Origin: Leptolyngbyaceae cyanobacterium
GTDB lineage: Bacteria; Cyanobacteriota; Cyanobacteriia; Phormidesmidales; Phormidesmidaceae
Direction of reading: 5' to 3'
Assembly (NCBI GenBank): GCA_965263355.1
Contig: CBDHHL010000032.1
Coordinates: 2,272,001-2,336,000, forward strand
DNA: 64,000 nt
The translations under genes were made by a program, and so were the position numbers. Shown piece after piece: positions 18,864 through 29,487 of the stretch. The notes under the pieces are model-generated. The model saw nothing but the letters and a program-made list of their open reading frames with translations, ran no database searches and was not told where the DNA came from. Positions within the stretch are counted from its first letter, which is position 1; every line of letters begins with the position of its first letter.

Positions 18864-20816
18864 TTAAAAAGATTCCTTTAGGCTTAAAAGTTGATCTGAT
18901 TTGAGATTTTCGATTTTTTGGGATAGCTTTCCAGATCGAAAAATCCTTACTGTATTGGTCTTTTGGCTATTCCCAAGTCCAAAGTACATTCGGTAATGCC
19001 CCTGGGAGCGGGTAGCTCCTTCGTATTGTCCAACCTGTTGAAGACGATTGACTTTATCAGAGGTTTCGACCTGTATTTTAGTGCCAATAGCTGGACGATT
19101 GCCTGAGGGGCCTATGATTTCGACTTCAAGCCAGTGGTTCTTAAAACCAATATTTCGATAAAGTATTAACTTCCATTTTGAAAGGGTAAAAACAGATGTG
19201 GAACGATTGTGGAATGGGTTAAGCTTCCTAAGTTTTTGCCATAAGGGATCAGGGACATTGATCGCTAAGACTAAATCTTGTCCACCATCATTATCTGCAT
19301 CAAACCAGGTGCAAAAAACAGCATTAATACCATCTTTTTTACTTTTTAAGAGATCTGTATCTTCAAACTGCCCTCCTTGTTGCTGACGATATATGCCTTG
19401 TGGAAAAACATGGAGATCTATTAACCCATCGTTGTCATAGTCAATCCAATTAGCCGCAATACTTTTATTAGGCAAATCAAAAGTTTGAGGAGGCACTATT
19501 TCATAACTGCCATTGCTATTTATCAACAAAGTATTTGCTTTAGCCGATGCTACAAAGATATCAAAATCACCATCGCGATCATAATCAGCACTGGTTAATT
19601 GCTTGACCTCACCGGCATGTGAACCAATAGGCTGTGATTTAAACTTACCGTTATGATTGGTATATAGAAAAAATGTGTCGCGACCAGCAAATAATAAATC
19701 CATATCTTGGTCATTATCAACATCTAACCAAATAAATGGACCCTCTTCAGAGATATCAATTCCCACCTCTGTGGCGATATTTGTGAACTGCCCGTTGCTG
19801 TTTTGCCAGTGTAGTTGGTTAGGATAAAATTGCTGAATTCCGCTTTCTCGACCGCATCCGGTATAAATATCAAGTTGATTATCACCATCAAAATCAGTTA
19901 AGGCGACTCGACGACCTGGACAAGTTTCCTTACGAATACCCATTCGCATTGCCTGATCTTGAAATAGCTCACCCTCATTAATCAGAAGAGTGTCATTATT
20001 ACGCAGCGAGTTAGTTTTCATTTTTCCACCTCCACCCCCATGAATAATAAAAACATCGGTGTGGTCATCGCGATTGAAGTCAGCCCAGGCCAGGCCATGA
20101 CGATCTCTTCCAGGGTCGACTATAAACCTGTGAGATATGGGCTGTAATTTCTCGGCACCAATATAAATATGGTCAATTGGAAGCCGCTCATTGAGGTAAA
20201 AGTTGGGCGTAAAGAAAAACTTTTGGGATTCTATGATGAGCTGACCATTGCCTTGGGATATTAAGTTAAGTGTTAGCTTCCCTTGATGTTTTTGACCAGG
20301 TGCTTTGAATTGACCGCGAGTTTTAATAATCGCTGACTCAGGTAGTTGAAGCTGGCCTAAAATATTACTGCCTAACGCTGAATAAGACGTTTTAAGATGA
20401 TGAGCTTTGACAATCAGTTGTGATTTATGCCAATAAATATAAAGGCCGGGCTCACTGATTAAAGGCTTGATATCAGAGGGTTCAGTCCCTGGAAAAAGAC
20501 TATTGTGACTAAGTCCTAATTTTAGAAGTTGATCCGTAAATTTTCCATGCCCATCATTGATAAGCAAGCTTTGACGGGCACGATGGTTCACAGTGTAGAT
20601 ATCTAGCCAATTATCATCATTTAAATCAGCAACTCCAAAATCAAACAAATGATAAGTGGTTCCTAAAAATTGTTGTGAGAACCATCGATTTGTTTTTAAT
20701 GGATTAATTACACTGTTTATCTGGGACCATGATATTACGATTAGCAACGTGATTGTTCCTAAGATAACTATCCAATAAGTTCGAATCTTTGAGCGATGAG
20801 CAGCAGTATTAACCAT
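18864..20816 (-). CDS. FG-GAP/VCBS repeat protein with ASPIC/UnbV C-terminal domain (CRTAC1-like), N-terminal TM
   Basis: Repeated DxDxDGxxD motifs (DLNDDNWLD, DFNRDDHTD, DFDGDNQLD, DYDRDGDFD, DYDNDGLID); C-terminal NHWLEV..AIGTKI..SQG..YFGLG. Confidence 0.8.
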   Translation of the reverse strand: MVNTAAHRSKIRTYWIVILGTITLLIVISWSQINSVINPLKTNRWFSQQFLGTTYHLFDFGVADLNDDNWLDIYTVNHRARQSLLINDGHGKFTDQLLKLGLSHNSLFPGTEPSDIKPLISEPGLYIYWHKSQLIVKAHHLKTSYSALGSNILGQLQLPESAIIKTRGQFKAPGQKHQGKLTLNLISQGNGQLIIESQKFFFTPNFYLNERLPIDHIYIGAEKLQPISHRFIVDPGRDRHGLAWADFNRDDHTDVFIIHGGGGGKMKTNSLRNNDTLLINEGELFQDQAMRMGIRKETCPGRRVALTDFDGDNQLDIYTGCGRESGIQQFYPNQLHWQNSNGQFTNIATEVGIDISEEGPFIWLDVDNDQDMDLLFAGRDTFFLYTNHNGKFKSQPIGSHAGEVKQLTSADYDRDGDFDIFVASAKANTLLINSNGSYEIVPPQTFDLPNKSIAANWIDYDNDGLIDLHVFPQGIYRQQQGGQFEDTDLLKSKKDGINAVFCTWFDADNDGGQDLVLAINVPDPLWQKLRKLNPFHNRSTSVFTLSKWKLILYRNIGFKNHWLEVEIIGPSGNRPAIGTKIQVETSDKVNRLQQVGQYEGATRSQGHYRMYFGLGNSQKTNTVRIFRSGKLSQKIENLKSDQLLSLKESF

Positions 20817-21012
20817 TCACTCTTAACCATGTGACTAGATTTAGCTTAATTCATTCACAAGTTGTCTATTATCGGCTAGCTTAGCTATATTCATTTTCCA
20901 TCTGGATCAATAGCATGGTCATACAGCATCCGAGCATAGCCTTGGTCTCTCTTCCCAGCTTTCCCAAACCCCTAACAAGTGGAGCCATTTCACTTAGGTA
21001 GATGTGAACACC

Positions 21013-22101
21013 TTAACTAAAGCTTTCAAGGATTTTGAGCACTTCTGAAATGGTAACCTCAAAATTATCAAAGATGCCCTTTTCGTGACTATGCCAATGT
21101 CGATATTGATGTCCAAGGGATTTGGCAAGGAAATAATAGTGAGGTAAAAGAAACGGTGTTGGAAATAGTTCTAAAATCTTAATTTCTTGGGAGAAAATCG
21201 TATTGGTAAGCCCTGCGCCATGGGCAGCAATAACTATCTCGGCATCATAGAAAAGGGCAATTTGTTCCTCGATGGGTAAATGCTCAAGCACATAGCATTT
21301 AAAGCCCCATGGTCGAATAGCATCAAAGAGTGCTTCTTCGTTCAAAATACATCGCTGACGGCCCTTATGCGTGGCAATGCGGGAAATAAAAATACGGTGT
21401 TGCTGTTTTCGGGGACGCTGAGGAGCAACCTGATGCATAAACCATGTGCGATAATCAGAAGGTAAATGGCCTGAAAAACGATGACTCAAAAAACTTGGAA
21501 AAATAAGGTGTTTGAGCATATATAACTTGCTGTTATCCACCTGCGTAACTCTAACATTTTCAGGCAGAAGCTTTTTGAGGTAAAAGGCTTCTGCCGATGA
21601 GAGGTTGCCTGTACAGAGCAGCTTAATTTCTTTGATTTTTCTAAATTTTGGGTGGTGAAGTAAATATAACCTGGGCAAATTATCGATTATCGTATGATAG
21701 TACCCATTCTTATGGGAGCGAAATAAGCTGCAAATTCCCCGAATAGGAAGAACACATTTTCCATAAAAAGCTCTAGGGTTAAACTGTCCTAGCTCCTTTT
21801 GGGTACTGATAGATTCTTCTATAATCTGGCGAGATTGAGTATGTAATAGATTGTATTCGGGACAGAAACAGATGTCGTTAAGAGTTAGTGTGTAAATATC
21901 GGGTGTTTTATATATTGAATTTTGAATACATTTGGCTTCAGGTAAAAAGTTCATATCAGTAGCCTCAGCAGTTGTCATACTCTCTGCTAGGGCTGGATAA
22001 CGATACCAATCACTGTTTGAGAGATTAGGTAACTCAGTCAGTGACACTGAACTTAGAAGAAAATGTCTGAGGATTGATGAAATAAGATTTTCAAGGTTCA
22101 T
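21013..22101 (-). CDS. Glycosyltransferase family 61 (DUF563)
   Basis: GYYHTIIDNLPRL, IFISR, EQIALFYDAEIVIAAHGAGLTN. Confidence 0.85.
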   Translation of the reverse strand: MNLENLISSILRHFLLSSVSLTELPNLSNSDWYRYPALAESMTTAEATDMNFLPEAKCIQNSIYKTPDIYTLTLNDICFCPEYNLLHTQSRQIIEESISTQKELGQFNPRAFYGKCVLPIRGICSLFRSHKNGYYHTIIDNLPRLYLLHHPKFRKIKEIKLLCTGNLSSAEAFYLKKLLPENVRVTQVDNSKLYMLKHLIFPSFLSHRFSGHLPSDYRTWFMHQVAPQRPRKQQHRIFISRIATHKGRQRCILNEEALFDAIRPWGFKCYVLEHLPIEEQIALFYDAEIVIAAHGAGLTNTIFSQEIKILELFPTPFLLPHYYFLAKSLGHQYRHWHSHEKGIFDNFEVTISEVLKILESFS

Positions 22102-22193
22102 CTTAAATGATAACTTTGGTTGTTAGACTCTCCAGATTTTTTTATGCTCATTCTATTCCTGGATGTTGACTAGAATGTGGCTTATAACCTGTT

Positions 22194-23123
22194 ATGAAAA
22201 AGTTTTACTCTCAGCCTATTTATATTGTTGGCTTACCACGCAGCGGTACTACCTGGCTTGCTTCTATTTTAAACACAGCCCAAGGTGTTAAATATTTCTA
22301 TGAACCATTTAATCCCCTAAGAGTCCCTGAAGCGTTACCTCATTTAATGAAATACTTGCGGGCAAATGATACTGACCCATCGTATAGCAGTTTTTGCCAA
22401 GCTGCTTTTTCTGGGCGATTAAAGAATCAGTTAGTTTATAAAAAAATGGCTAAACCCTATTGCCGATTTGGTAATGCTTTGCGATCGCTACCTGGGCGAG
22501 TCATGGTTAAAGACGTTCATTCTTTGATGTCTCTGGCTTGGATTCAGAAAACCATTCAACCGGTTATTTTAGTTGTTATTCGACATCCATGTGCAGTTGC
22601 AGCCAGCTGGTTTCGGTATTTTAACTTAGACGTTGAGTTAAGAGGATTACACAGTATATTTAACCAGCCTTCCCTTATGGAGGACCATTTATACCCCTAT
22701 GAACATCTTTTTTATGAAACAGTAGACTTTTGGCAAAAAATTGCCGTGTATTGGGGAGCCGTATACCATGTGATTTTTCAACAAAGTAAACGATATCCCC
22801 ACTGGAAAATTATTAGGCATGAAGACTTGTGTCATAACCCAACTCAAGCTTTTAAGGAACTCTTTTCCCAACTAAACCTGTGTTGGACTCATCAGACGGA
22901 TAGTCTATTAAAACTATCGACCTCTCAAGATAGCCATAGACCCTATATCCCTTTCAGAGTTTCTGCAGCAGAGCCAATGAAATGGAAAAAGGAGCTTGCG
23001 CCCTGGCAAATTGAGAAGATCAAGCATTTTACCCAACCTTTTGAAATCCCCTACTACTCAGATTTTAAAAGATTAGAATTTGACTCTAAAATGGAGACAA
23101 ATTTTCGTATTGATAAAACGTGA
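22194..23123 (+). CDS. Sulfotransferase
   Basis: VGLPRSGTTWL, YEPFN, RHPCAVAAS, RHEDL. Confidence 0.82.
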   Translation: MKKFYSQPIYIVGLPRSGTTWLASILNTAQGVKYFYEPFNPLRVPEALPHLMKYLRANDTDPSYSSFCQAAFSGRLKNQLVYKKMAKPYCRFGNALRSLPGRVMVKDVHSLMSLAWIQKTIQPVILVVIRHPCAVAASWFRYFNLDVELRGLHSIFNQPSLMEDHLYPYEHLFYETVDFWQKIAVYWGAVYHVIFQQSKRYPHWKIIRHEDLCHNPTQAFKELFSQLNLCWTHQTDSLLKLSTSQDSHRPYIPFRVSAAEPMKWKKELAPWQIEKIKHFTQPFEIPYYSDFKRLEFDSKMETNFRIDKT

Positions 23124-23286
23124 GATATGAAGATGCCATATTATCCAAGTTACTTGGCCCCAACAATGTTTAACTCATTGCTTGGTCTCAAAACCTGACC
23201 TGCAATCTCAAATACTATACCTTTTGGGCAAAGTAAGAAATCGCTTTTTCAAAGACTTAATCAATAGAGGGGCCTATAAGTATTCC

Positions 23287-24348
23287 ATGGATTTAACCTT
23301 AAGGCGAAGAGATTATTTTTGGATCGATTGTATTCGGGGCATTGCTACATTTATGGTAGTTTTTTTACACTCGGCGGCACCTCTCCTATATAAATATAAG
23401 GATCTTCCCCTTGATTATTGGATGGCAGGTAATATTTATGACTCTCTTGTAAGAGTTTGTGTACCATTATTCTTTATGATTTCTGGTGCTCTGTTACTCT
23501 GTAAAGATGAACCAATTTTACTTTTCTTTTCCAAAAGGTTGAAAAGGATATTAATTCCATCTATGTTTTGGTCTTTATTTTTTGTGTTCTGGAAAGCCTT
23601 TTATGGAAAAAATTTGTTAATTACACCATTCTCCTTTTACAGTTTGCTATGGAGGCCAAGTTACTATCATCTTTGGTTTATTTATGTGCTGTTAGGCATA
23701 TATCTGTATATGCCAATCATTCGAAAAGTTATCAAAATCTATGATGATTCTATATTAATTTATTATGTTTTTGTTTGGTTTCTAGTAGCTTCAGTGCTTT
23801 TCTTTAGTGATAAGTTTGGAGATATGAGTATTCCAATCTATTTTCGACCGTTTTCTGGATATTTAGGTTATTTGGTTCTGGGATATTTACTAAGTAAGCG
23901 AGACTATCAAAAAAGACATGGCATTTGCGCCTTTCTTATATTTATCATCTTCACTTTTTTAACTGCTTATGGCACCTATCTTTTGACCGTAAATAATGAA
24001 GGTATTTTTGTCGGTTATTTGTATGGCTACTTAACGCCGAATGTTATTTTAGCTAGTATTTCCAGTTTTATTCTTATTAAGTACTTGGTGCATGTGACTA
24101 GGCTTGCACACAAAGCTTTTTTAGTCGTCTTAATAAAATCCATAAGTGATTGTAGTTTTGGTATATATTTTTTACATACTGTTTTTCTACGTTTGCTACA
24201 AGCAGGCGATCTTGGTTTTACACTATCTGCGTTTATAAGTCATCCTATGTATTCTGTGCCATTAACAGCAATAATTACATTTGTACTTTCCTATTTTTTG
24301 GTATTGCTTTTGTGTCAAGTTCCTACAGTACGAAGAGTTGTATCCTAA
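23287..24348 (+). CDS. Acyltransferase-3 family O-acetyltransferase (YiaH/WecH-like)
   Basis: WIDCIRGIATFMVVFLH, CVPLFFMISGALLL, YHLWFIY, SFGIYFLH; about 10 TMs; ATG 23287 preferred. Confidence 0.85.
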   Translation: MDLTLRRRDYFWIDCIRGIATFMVVFLHSAAPLLYKYKDLPLDYWMAGNIYDSLVRVCVPLFFMISGALLLCKDEPILLFFSKRLKRILIPSMFWSLFFVFWKAFYGKNLLITPFSFYSLLWRPSYYHLWFIYVLLGIYLYMPIIRKVIKIYDDSILIYYVFVWFLVASVLFFSDKFGDMSIPIYFRPFSGYLGYLVLGYLLSKRDYQKRHGICAFLIFIIFTFLTAYGTYLLTVNNEGIFVGYLYGYLTPNVILASISSFILIKYLVHVTRLAHKAFLVVLIKSISDCSFGIYFLHTVFLRLLQAGDLGFTLSAFISHPMYSVPLTAIITFVLSYFLVLLLCQVPTVRRVVS

Positions 24349-24416
24349 AGAAGCTCATATTTTTTGATGCTCAATAATGAAGTCACCTATGTTGACAAAA
24401 ATCATGAGATAGGAAG

Positions 24417-25505
24417 ATGATGCTTGGGGTTAGTGTTGTTATTTGTTGCCATAATAGTGCCGATACACTGGCGGAAACCTTACGATATCTTGCTGCTCAA
24501 TCCATTGCAGACAATATTCCTTGGGAAGTCATTATCATTGATAATGCATCAACGGATCAGACTGTCCAAGTTGCCTTAGACGCTTGGCCACAACAATACT
24601 CAACCCATTTAAGAATTGTTCAGGAACCTAAACTGGGTTTAATTTATGCTCGTTATCGAGGTTTGGCTGAGGCTCGGTATGAGGTGATTAGCTTCATTGA
24701 TGATGATAATTGGGTATGTTCTAGCTGGATACAAACAGTCTCAGAGATTATGGGTGGCCATCCCAGGGTGGGTGCCTGTGGTGGGCAGAATATTCCGGAA
24801 TTTGCTACTCCTGAGCCGGAATGGTTTGGCCTGAGTGGCAAAAGCTATGCCGTAGGCAGTCAAGGTCCAGCGTCGGGGGGGGATATCACCTGGTCAAGGG
24901 CTCGTTTGGTGGGGGCAGGGCTCACTATTCGTAAAGCCGCATGGCAGCAACTAGTTGACAATGGATTTCAATCTATGTTGGTAGGGTGTCAGGGAAAAAC
25001 CTTGAACCGGGGTGAGGATACTGAGCTTTGTTTTGCTTTGGTATTGGCTGGTTGGCATCTGTGGTACGAGCCTCGTTTAGTCTTGCGGCATTTTTTAACA
25101 GCGGATCGATTGCACTGGCATTATCTTCGTAAATTACGCCGTGGTGGTGGTCAAGCAACGGTGGGGTTCGATCCCTATAGATTGGTATTGGAGTCATGCA
25201 ATAGTAACCACTTCATTGATTTCTGGTGGCCTGCTTCGTTCACATCCACTAAGCACCCCTATGGACAACCTAAGGTATCCTGGTGGCGACAACAATTCCT
25301 GGCGATCATTAAGGAGCTACTGTGCCATCCATGGGCACTGATTCAATCGCTGACGTTGTTGGCAGAAGGTAATGCTAATGTCCTGGATGTGGAGATGCGC
25401 ATAGGTCGGTTAATCGAATTGATTAAAACTCGTAACACTTATGATGTGAGTATTCGATCTCTGTGCAAAGTGGCTTGGAGAAAACAATATGAAACGAAAT
25501 CTTGA
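24417..25505 (+). CDS. Glycosyltransferase family 2
   Basis: VSVVICCHNS, IDNASTD, FIDDD, GEDTEL. Confidence 0.9.
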   Translation: MMLGVSVVICCHNSADTLAETLRYLAAQSIADNIPWEVIIIDNASTDQTVQVALDAWPQQYSTHLRIVQEPKLGLIYARYRGLAEARYEVISFIDDDNWVCSSWIQTVSEIMGGHPRVGACGGQNIPEFATPEPEWFGLSGKSYAVGSQGPASGGDITWSRARLVGAGLTIRKAAWQQLVDNGFQSMLVGCQGKTLNRGEDTELCFALVLAGWHLWYEPRLVLRHFLTADRLHWHYLRKLRRGGGQATVGFDPYRLVLESCNSNHFIDFWWPASFTSTKHPYGQPKVSWWRQQFLAIIKELLCHPWALIQSLTLLAEGNANVLDVEMRIGRLIELIKTRNTYDVSIRSLCKVAWRKQYETKS

Positions 25506-25599
25506 TTTGTGGTATTCAATATTATTGGGCTGGTACAAGACGCAGCCCTTATAACAATGCCTTGTTTGAACTGAGTTGCTGCATTCAAACTTGGTATAA

Positions 25600-27450
25600 C
25601 TATGGCTGAGGGCTGATCTTAAACTGCATCTGGTGATATTTCCAGAGATGCCCACGGACTTGAATTAAATCTTGGTACCGACCCTGTTCAACAATGCGCC
25701 CTTTTTCTAACACGACAACTTTGTCTGCATTGACTATGGTGGATAATCGGTGTGCGATCGCAACCACGGTTCGCCCCTTAGCCAACTGATTCAACGACGT
25801 TTGAATTTTCCGCTCTGTAGCTGAATCCAGAGCACTGGTGGCCTCATCTAAGATCAAGATTTCCGGATTCCGTAGTAATGCTCTGGCAATAGCAATTCGT
25901 TGTCGCTGTCCCCCCGATAAACGCACCCCCCGCTCACCCAGTATGGTCTCAAATCCCTCAGGCAACTCCAAAATAAATTCCAGGGCGTTCGCCTGCTGTG
26001 CAGCTCTCCAGATCTCATTATCGTCCACGCCTTCAAGGCCATAGGCAATATTAGCTCGGGCCGTATCATGAAAAATAAACGTATCTTGACTCACAATCGC
26101 CATTTTGTGACGCAGAGAATTAATTTTTAACGCTCGAATATCGATACCATCAATCAAAATACGCCCCTGGGTCGGATCATAAAAGCGAGGTAACAAATCC
26201 ACCAGGGTTGTCTTTCCGGCACCCGAGGCCCCTACTAATGCCATCATTTTTCCCTGCCCAATTGATAACGTAATATCTTGCAGAACAGGCTCATTGGGGG
26301 TGTACGCAAAATCCACTGATTCAAAATCAATGGATCGCTGTAATCCTACAAATGGAGTGTTTCCGTCATGAAAATAGGGTTTGTCATCGCGCCTGAGCAA
26401 ATCGGTCACCGATTCCATAGCTCCCAAGGCAGCAACACAACTAATCCTCGTGTTATTCAGTGTGGATATCATTGGAATGGCTCGAATCAGTATGAATAAA
26501 AATGTTAGGAATTCCGATTCCATGACATGGTCTGTGGAAATCAATTTTCCATAGACTACAACAACCATACTGACTAACAGCGTCACTCCAAGTCCTTCCA
26601 TGATGGGTTGTACCAGGGCAAGAAGCCTGTGAACCCTGATCTGAGTTCTATAAACTTGTTCAGTGATTGTAGAATATTTTTGACGCTCAAACTGTTGGGC
26701 ACCAGCCCCCTGTACAGTCCGAATCCCATTGAGAAAAGCCAGTAAATTAACAGTAAATCTCCTATTTGCCTTGGGGATTGCAAGCCCTGCTTGTTGTGCC
26801 TTGTGAGTTAACCCTGTTAAGCTCATAGAGAGCAAGCTAAAGGAAATTACCGCTGTAAAAAACAGTGGCCATGACAACAGCAGCATGGCCACCAGATAGA
26901 CCAGTAGCTTAGCAAGTTGAATAATGGCCCCTAATAAATTACTAAACGTATTTTGGACCTGAGTAACCTCACTCCTGAGAGTACTCACAATTGTCCCAGG
27001 ATTAGTTGTGGTGTAAAAGCTTAGCCTGAAGCTTTCTAGCTGATCGAATATCCTATAGCGGAGGCGATCACCTAACTTGCAAGCAGCTATTTTACTGTAG
27101 ACATTACTTGAATAGTCAACTCCACTCCGCAACCAAACAATTACTAATAGTAGCCACGACAGACGATAAGTCCGTTGGGTTACCGTTGCCTGGGTGGCCA
27201 GAAAAACAGTATCAATCCACTGCAGACCTGTTTGAATAGGAGGTTGATCTGGTGTGGTTAATCCCTGTAAAAAGCAAACAATGAAGCCAACGGTGATGCC
27301 TTCCAAACAGGCACCTATAAGCGCAAATAAAATCGCTAAAACAATTGTCCAACGAAAATGTTTCAGCTCCTTAAAGATGAGGTGATAATCGCGCCGAAAG
27401 TGAGCTGCTTTTAAGACTCTGTGCAGAATGTAATTCAGCTTACGTTTCAT
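25600..27450 (-). CDS. ABC transporter permease/ATPase, HepA/MsbA-like
   Basis: TMD plus GASGAGKT, LSGGQRQR, ILDEATSALD, IAHRLST; N-terminal hairpin (QTGLQWIDTVFL) like cyanobacterial HepA family. Confidence 0.88.
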   Translation of the reverse strand: MKRKLNYILHRVLKAAHFRRDYHLIFKELKHFRWTIVLAILFALIGACLEGITVGFIVCFLQGLTTPDQPPIQTGLQWIDTVFLATQATVTQRTYRLSWLLLVIVWLRSGVDYSSNVYSKIAACKLGDRLRYRIFDQLESFRLSFYTTTNPGTIVSTLRSEVTQVQNTFSNLLGAIIQLAKLLVYLVAMLLLSWPLFFTAVISFSLLSMSLTGLTHKAQQAGLAIPKANRRFTVNLLAFLNGIRTVQGAGAQQFERQKYSTITEQVYRTQIRVHRLLALVQPIMEGLGVTLLVSMVVVVYGKLISTDHVMESEFLTFLFILIRAIPMISTLNNTRISCVAALGAMESVTDLLRRDDKPYFHDGNTPFVGLQRSIDFESVDFAYTPNEPVLQDITLSIGQGKMMALVGASGAGKTTLVDLLPRFYDPTQGRILIDGIDIRALKINSLRHKMAIVSQDTFIFHDTARANIAYGLEGVDDNEIWRAAQQANALEFILELPEGFETILGERGVRLSGGQRQRIAIARALLRNPEILILDEATSALDSATERKIQTSLNQLAKGRTVVAIAHRLSTIVNADKVVVLEKGRIVEQGRYQDLIQVRGHLWKYHQMQFKISPQP

Positions 27451-27542
27451 CGCTTAGGGGTCATAACTATTAGCGATATCGGATGCTACTAATCAGGATT
27501 GTGTACATATAAGCTCCAAGTGGGCATTGTCCCCCTCAGATC

Positions 27543-28385
27543 TTAAAGCCCTACCCTATCCAGCTTCCATCGTGAGATATCAAATTCATAGTTCACTTCT
27601 AACCTACGCAAATCATCACGGAGTTCACGGTAAACAAAGTTTCGCTGTTCTGATGAAAGTTTTACATGGTGGGTTATGCTATGTCCTAGCTTACGTTTTA
27701 GACTATCTCTAAGTGTTTCTGACAGCAATCCAGTCATTGGTTGGATAAAGGGCCATAGTTTACCTTCTATGACTTTGCCCTTAGTCGGATGGTAGTTCCT
27801 AGCAATATCTTTGAATATATAGGATGTGTCTAATGCTAACCATCGACATACATGCTCTAAAAGCTGTAGAGGATTATCTCTTAAATCATTAAAGTTCAAC
27901 AGAATAATTTGATCTTTAGAAAATCTCTGACAATAATTGTCTAACTGCTTTGCATATCTAGATATTTCTATCAGTTTTTGATCGATGCCGCTGTTGAGAA
28001 GTTTAAGGTCTTTTCCCCAACGGGTACTCAATGCATGGGTGTAATGGGACTCAATTCGTTCGATAGGATCCCGCATGATGTATATAAATCTAAAATCATA
28101 AGTAAACTGAGTTTGGAATTGAAAAATGCGTTCGACTACAGTTGAGGTATGCATTTTTGTATAGCTTGTGGAGCCTTCCAATGCAATTCTATGAATACTG
28201 GAATCGTAGCTCCAGAGTTGTTTATACCAGTCAGCCCCTTTGCTATAAGTCCCGTCTTCTGAGAAGAAATGAGGTTCTTTTTTGGGTTCGCAAGGGCATA
28301 TTTGAGGATGTTCTGCTAGATATTTAAAGAGGCTGGTGGTGCCACTTTTCATGGCTCCGATGATGAGTGCAAATTTGTTGATCAT
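27543..28385 (-). CDS. Sulfotransferase (heparan-sulfate 3-O/N-ST-like motif)
   Basis: IIGAMKSGTTSL, KEPHFF, EGSTSY, RDPIERIESHY; ATG 28385 preferred. Confidence 0.85.
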   Translation of the reverse strand: MINKFALIIGAMKSGTTSLFKYLAEHPQICPCEPKKEPHFFSEDGTYSKGADWYKQLWSYDSSIHRIALEGSTSYTKMHTSTVVERIFQFQTQFTYDFRFIYIMRDPIERIESHYTHALSTRWGKDLKLLNSGIDQKLIEISRYAKQLDNYCQRFSKDQIILLNFNDLRDNPLQLLEHVCRWLALDTSYIFKDIARNYHPTKGKVIEGKLWPFIQPMTGLLSETLRDSLKRKLGHSITHHVKLSSEQRNFVYRELRDDLRRLEVNYEFDISRWKLDRVGL

Positions 28386-28408
28386 TAAACTGCTCAAAAA
28401 CTGCTCGA

Positions 28409-29443
28409 ATGAATAGCGCCTGGCAAATAACGTGTAACTTGCGTATCCGACAATTAGCTAGCCAATTAATCAATAATCATCCGTGGAAGTACCGTATTCG
28501 ACCTATCACCTGGTGGAACGTTCCCAGCTGGGTAAAACAAACTATTAAACAAGATAGACGATTTTACCGAATCCGACCAAGACCCCCTTCAGTATCGCGA
28601 GTTCGCCATTTTATTTCACCCAATCTGTCAAACCCAATTTTTATTGTTGGTGCTCCTCGTTCTGGAACAACCTTTCTAGGACAGTGTATATCTGAATTAC
28701 CTCAGCTTAGCTACCATTTTGAACCGGTGTTAACTAAGGCCGCTGTTCGCTATATTTACACCCAGCAATGGTCGCCTAAAAAAGCTCAGCACTTTTATCG
28801 TCAGGTTTACACTGGGCTTATGCGTTTGTATCTAGATGGCGATCTCTGCTTTTGTGAAAAAACTCCTCGGAATAGCTTTATTCTTCCATTTCTCTATCAA
28901 ACCTTTCCAGATGCACGATTTGTTCACATTATTAGGGATGGGCGAGATGTTGCACTTTCACTATCGCAGCAACCCTGGTATCGTAACGATCGGCAAGGAT
29001 CAAGCGAGAAGGAGCCTGGGGGGTATCCATTTGGTCCGTCTGCACGCTTTTGGGTTGAACCTAATCGTACCCGAGAGTTTGAAACAACTAACGATCTGCA
29101 TCGCTGTATTTGGTTATGGCGTTGTTATGTAGAAAGCGCTAGGTCAGGAAGTGGGGCAATTCCCCCATCACAATACTATGAGCTTAGGTATGAAGACCTG
29201 GTGCAAGAGCCTGGTCGAGAAGCAACACGATTATTAGATTTTCTCAACATTACGGTTGAATCCTCTCAGATAGCCTTTAAACAAGCCGTTGTTACCAAGG
29301 CGCGACAAAACTCTATTGGGCAGTGGCGGCAAAATATCTCATCGCGCACTCTCAATCAAATGTATGCTGAGTCGGGGCAATTGCTTGAGTGCTTAGGCTA
29401 TACTGCGGTGGATATCAATGAACCTCTGATCCCTGATTCCTGA
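28409..29443 (+). CDS. Sulfotransferase
   Basis: VGAPRSGTT, EKTP, RDGRDVALS, RYEDLV. Confidence 0.87.
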   Translation: MNSAWQITCNLRIRQLASQLINNHPWKYRIRPITWWNVPSWVKQTIKQDRRFYRIRPRPPSVSRVRHFISPNLSNPIFIVGAPRSGTTFLGQCISELPQLSYHFEPVLTKAAVRYIYTQQWSPKKAQHFYRQVYTGLMRLYLDGDLCFCEKTPRNSFILPFLYQTFPDARFVHIIRDGRDVALSLSQQPWYRNDRQGSSEKEPGGYPFGPSARFWVEPNRTREFETTNDLHRCIWLWRCYVESARSGSGAIPPSQYYELRYEDLVQEPGREATRLLDFLNITVESSQIAFKQAVVTKARQNSIGQWRQNISSRTLNQMYAESGQLLECLGYTAVDINEPLIPDS

Positions 29444-29487
29444 CCACTATCCTCAAGAAATTCTTCCGCCTTGAGCTGATACCCTAA

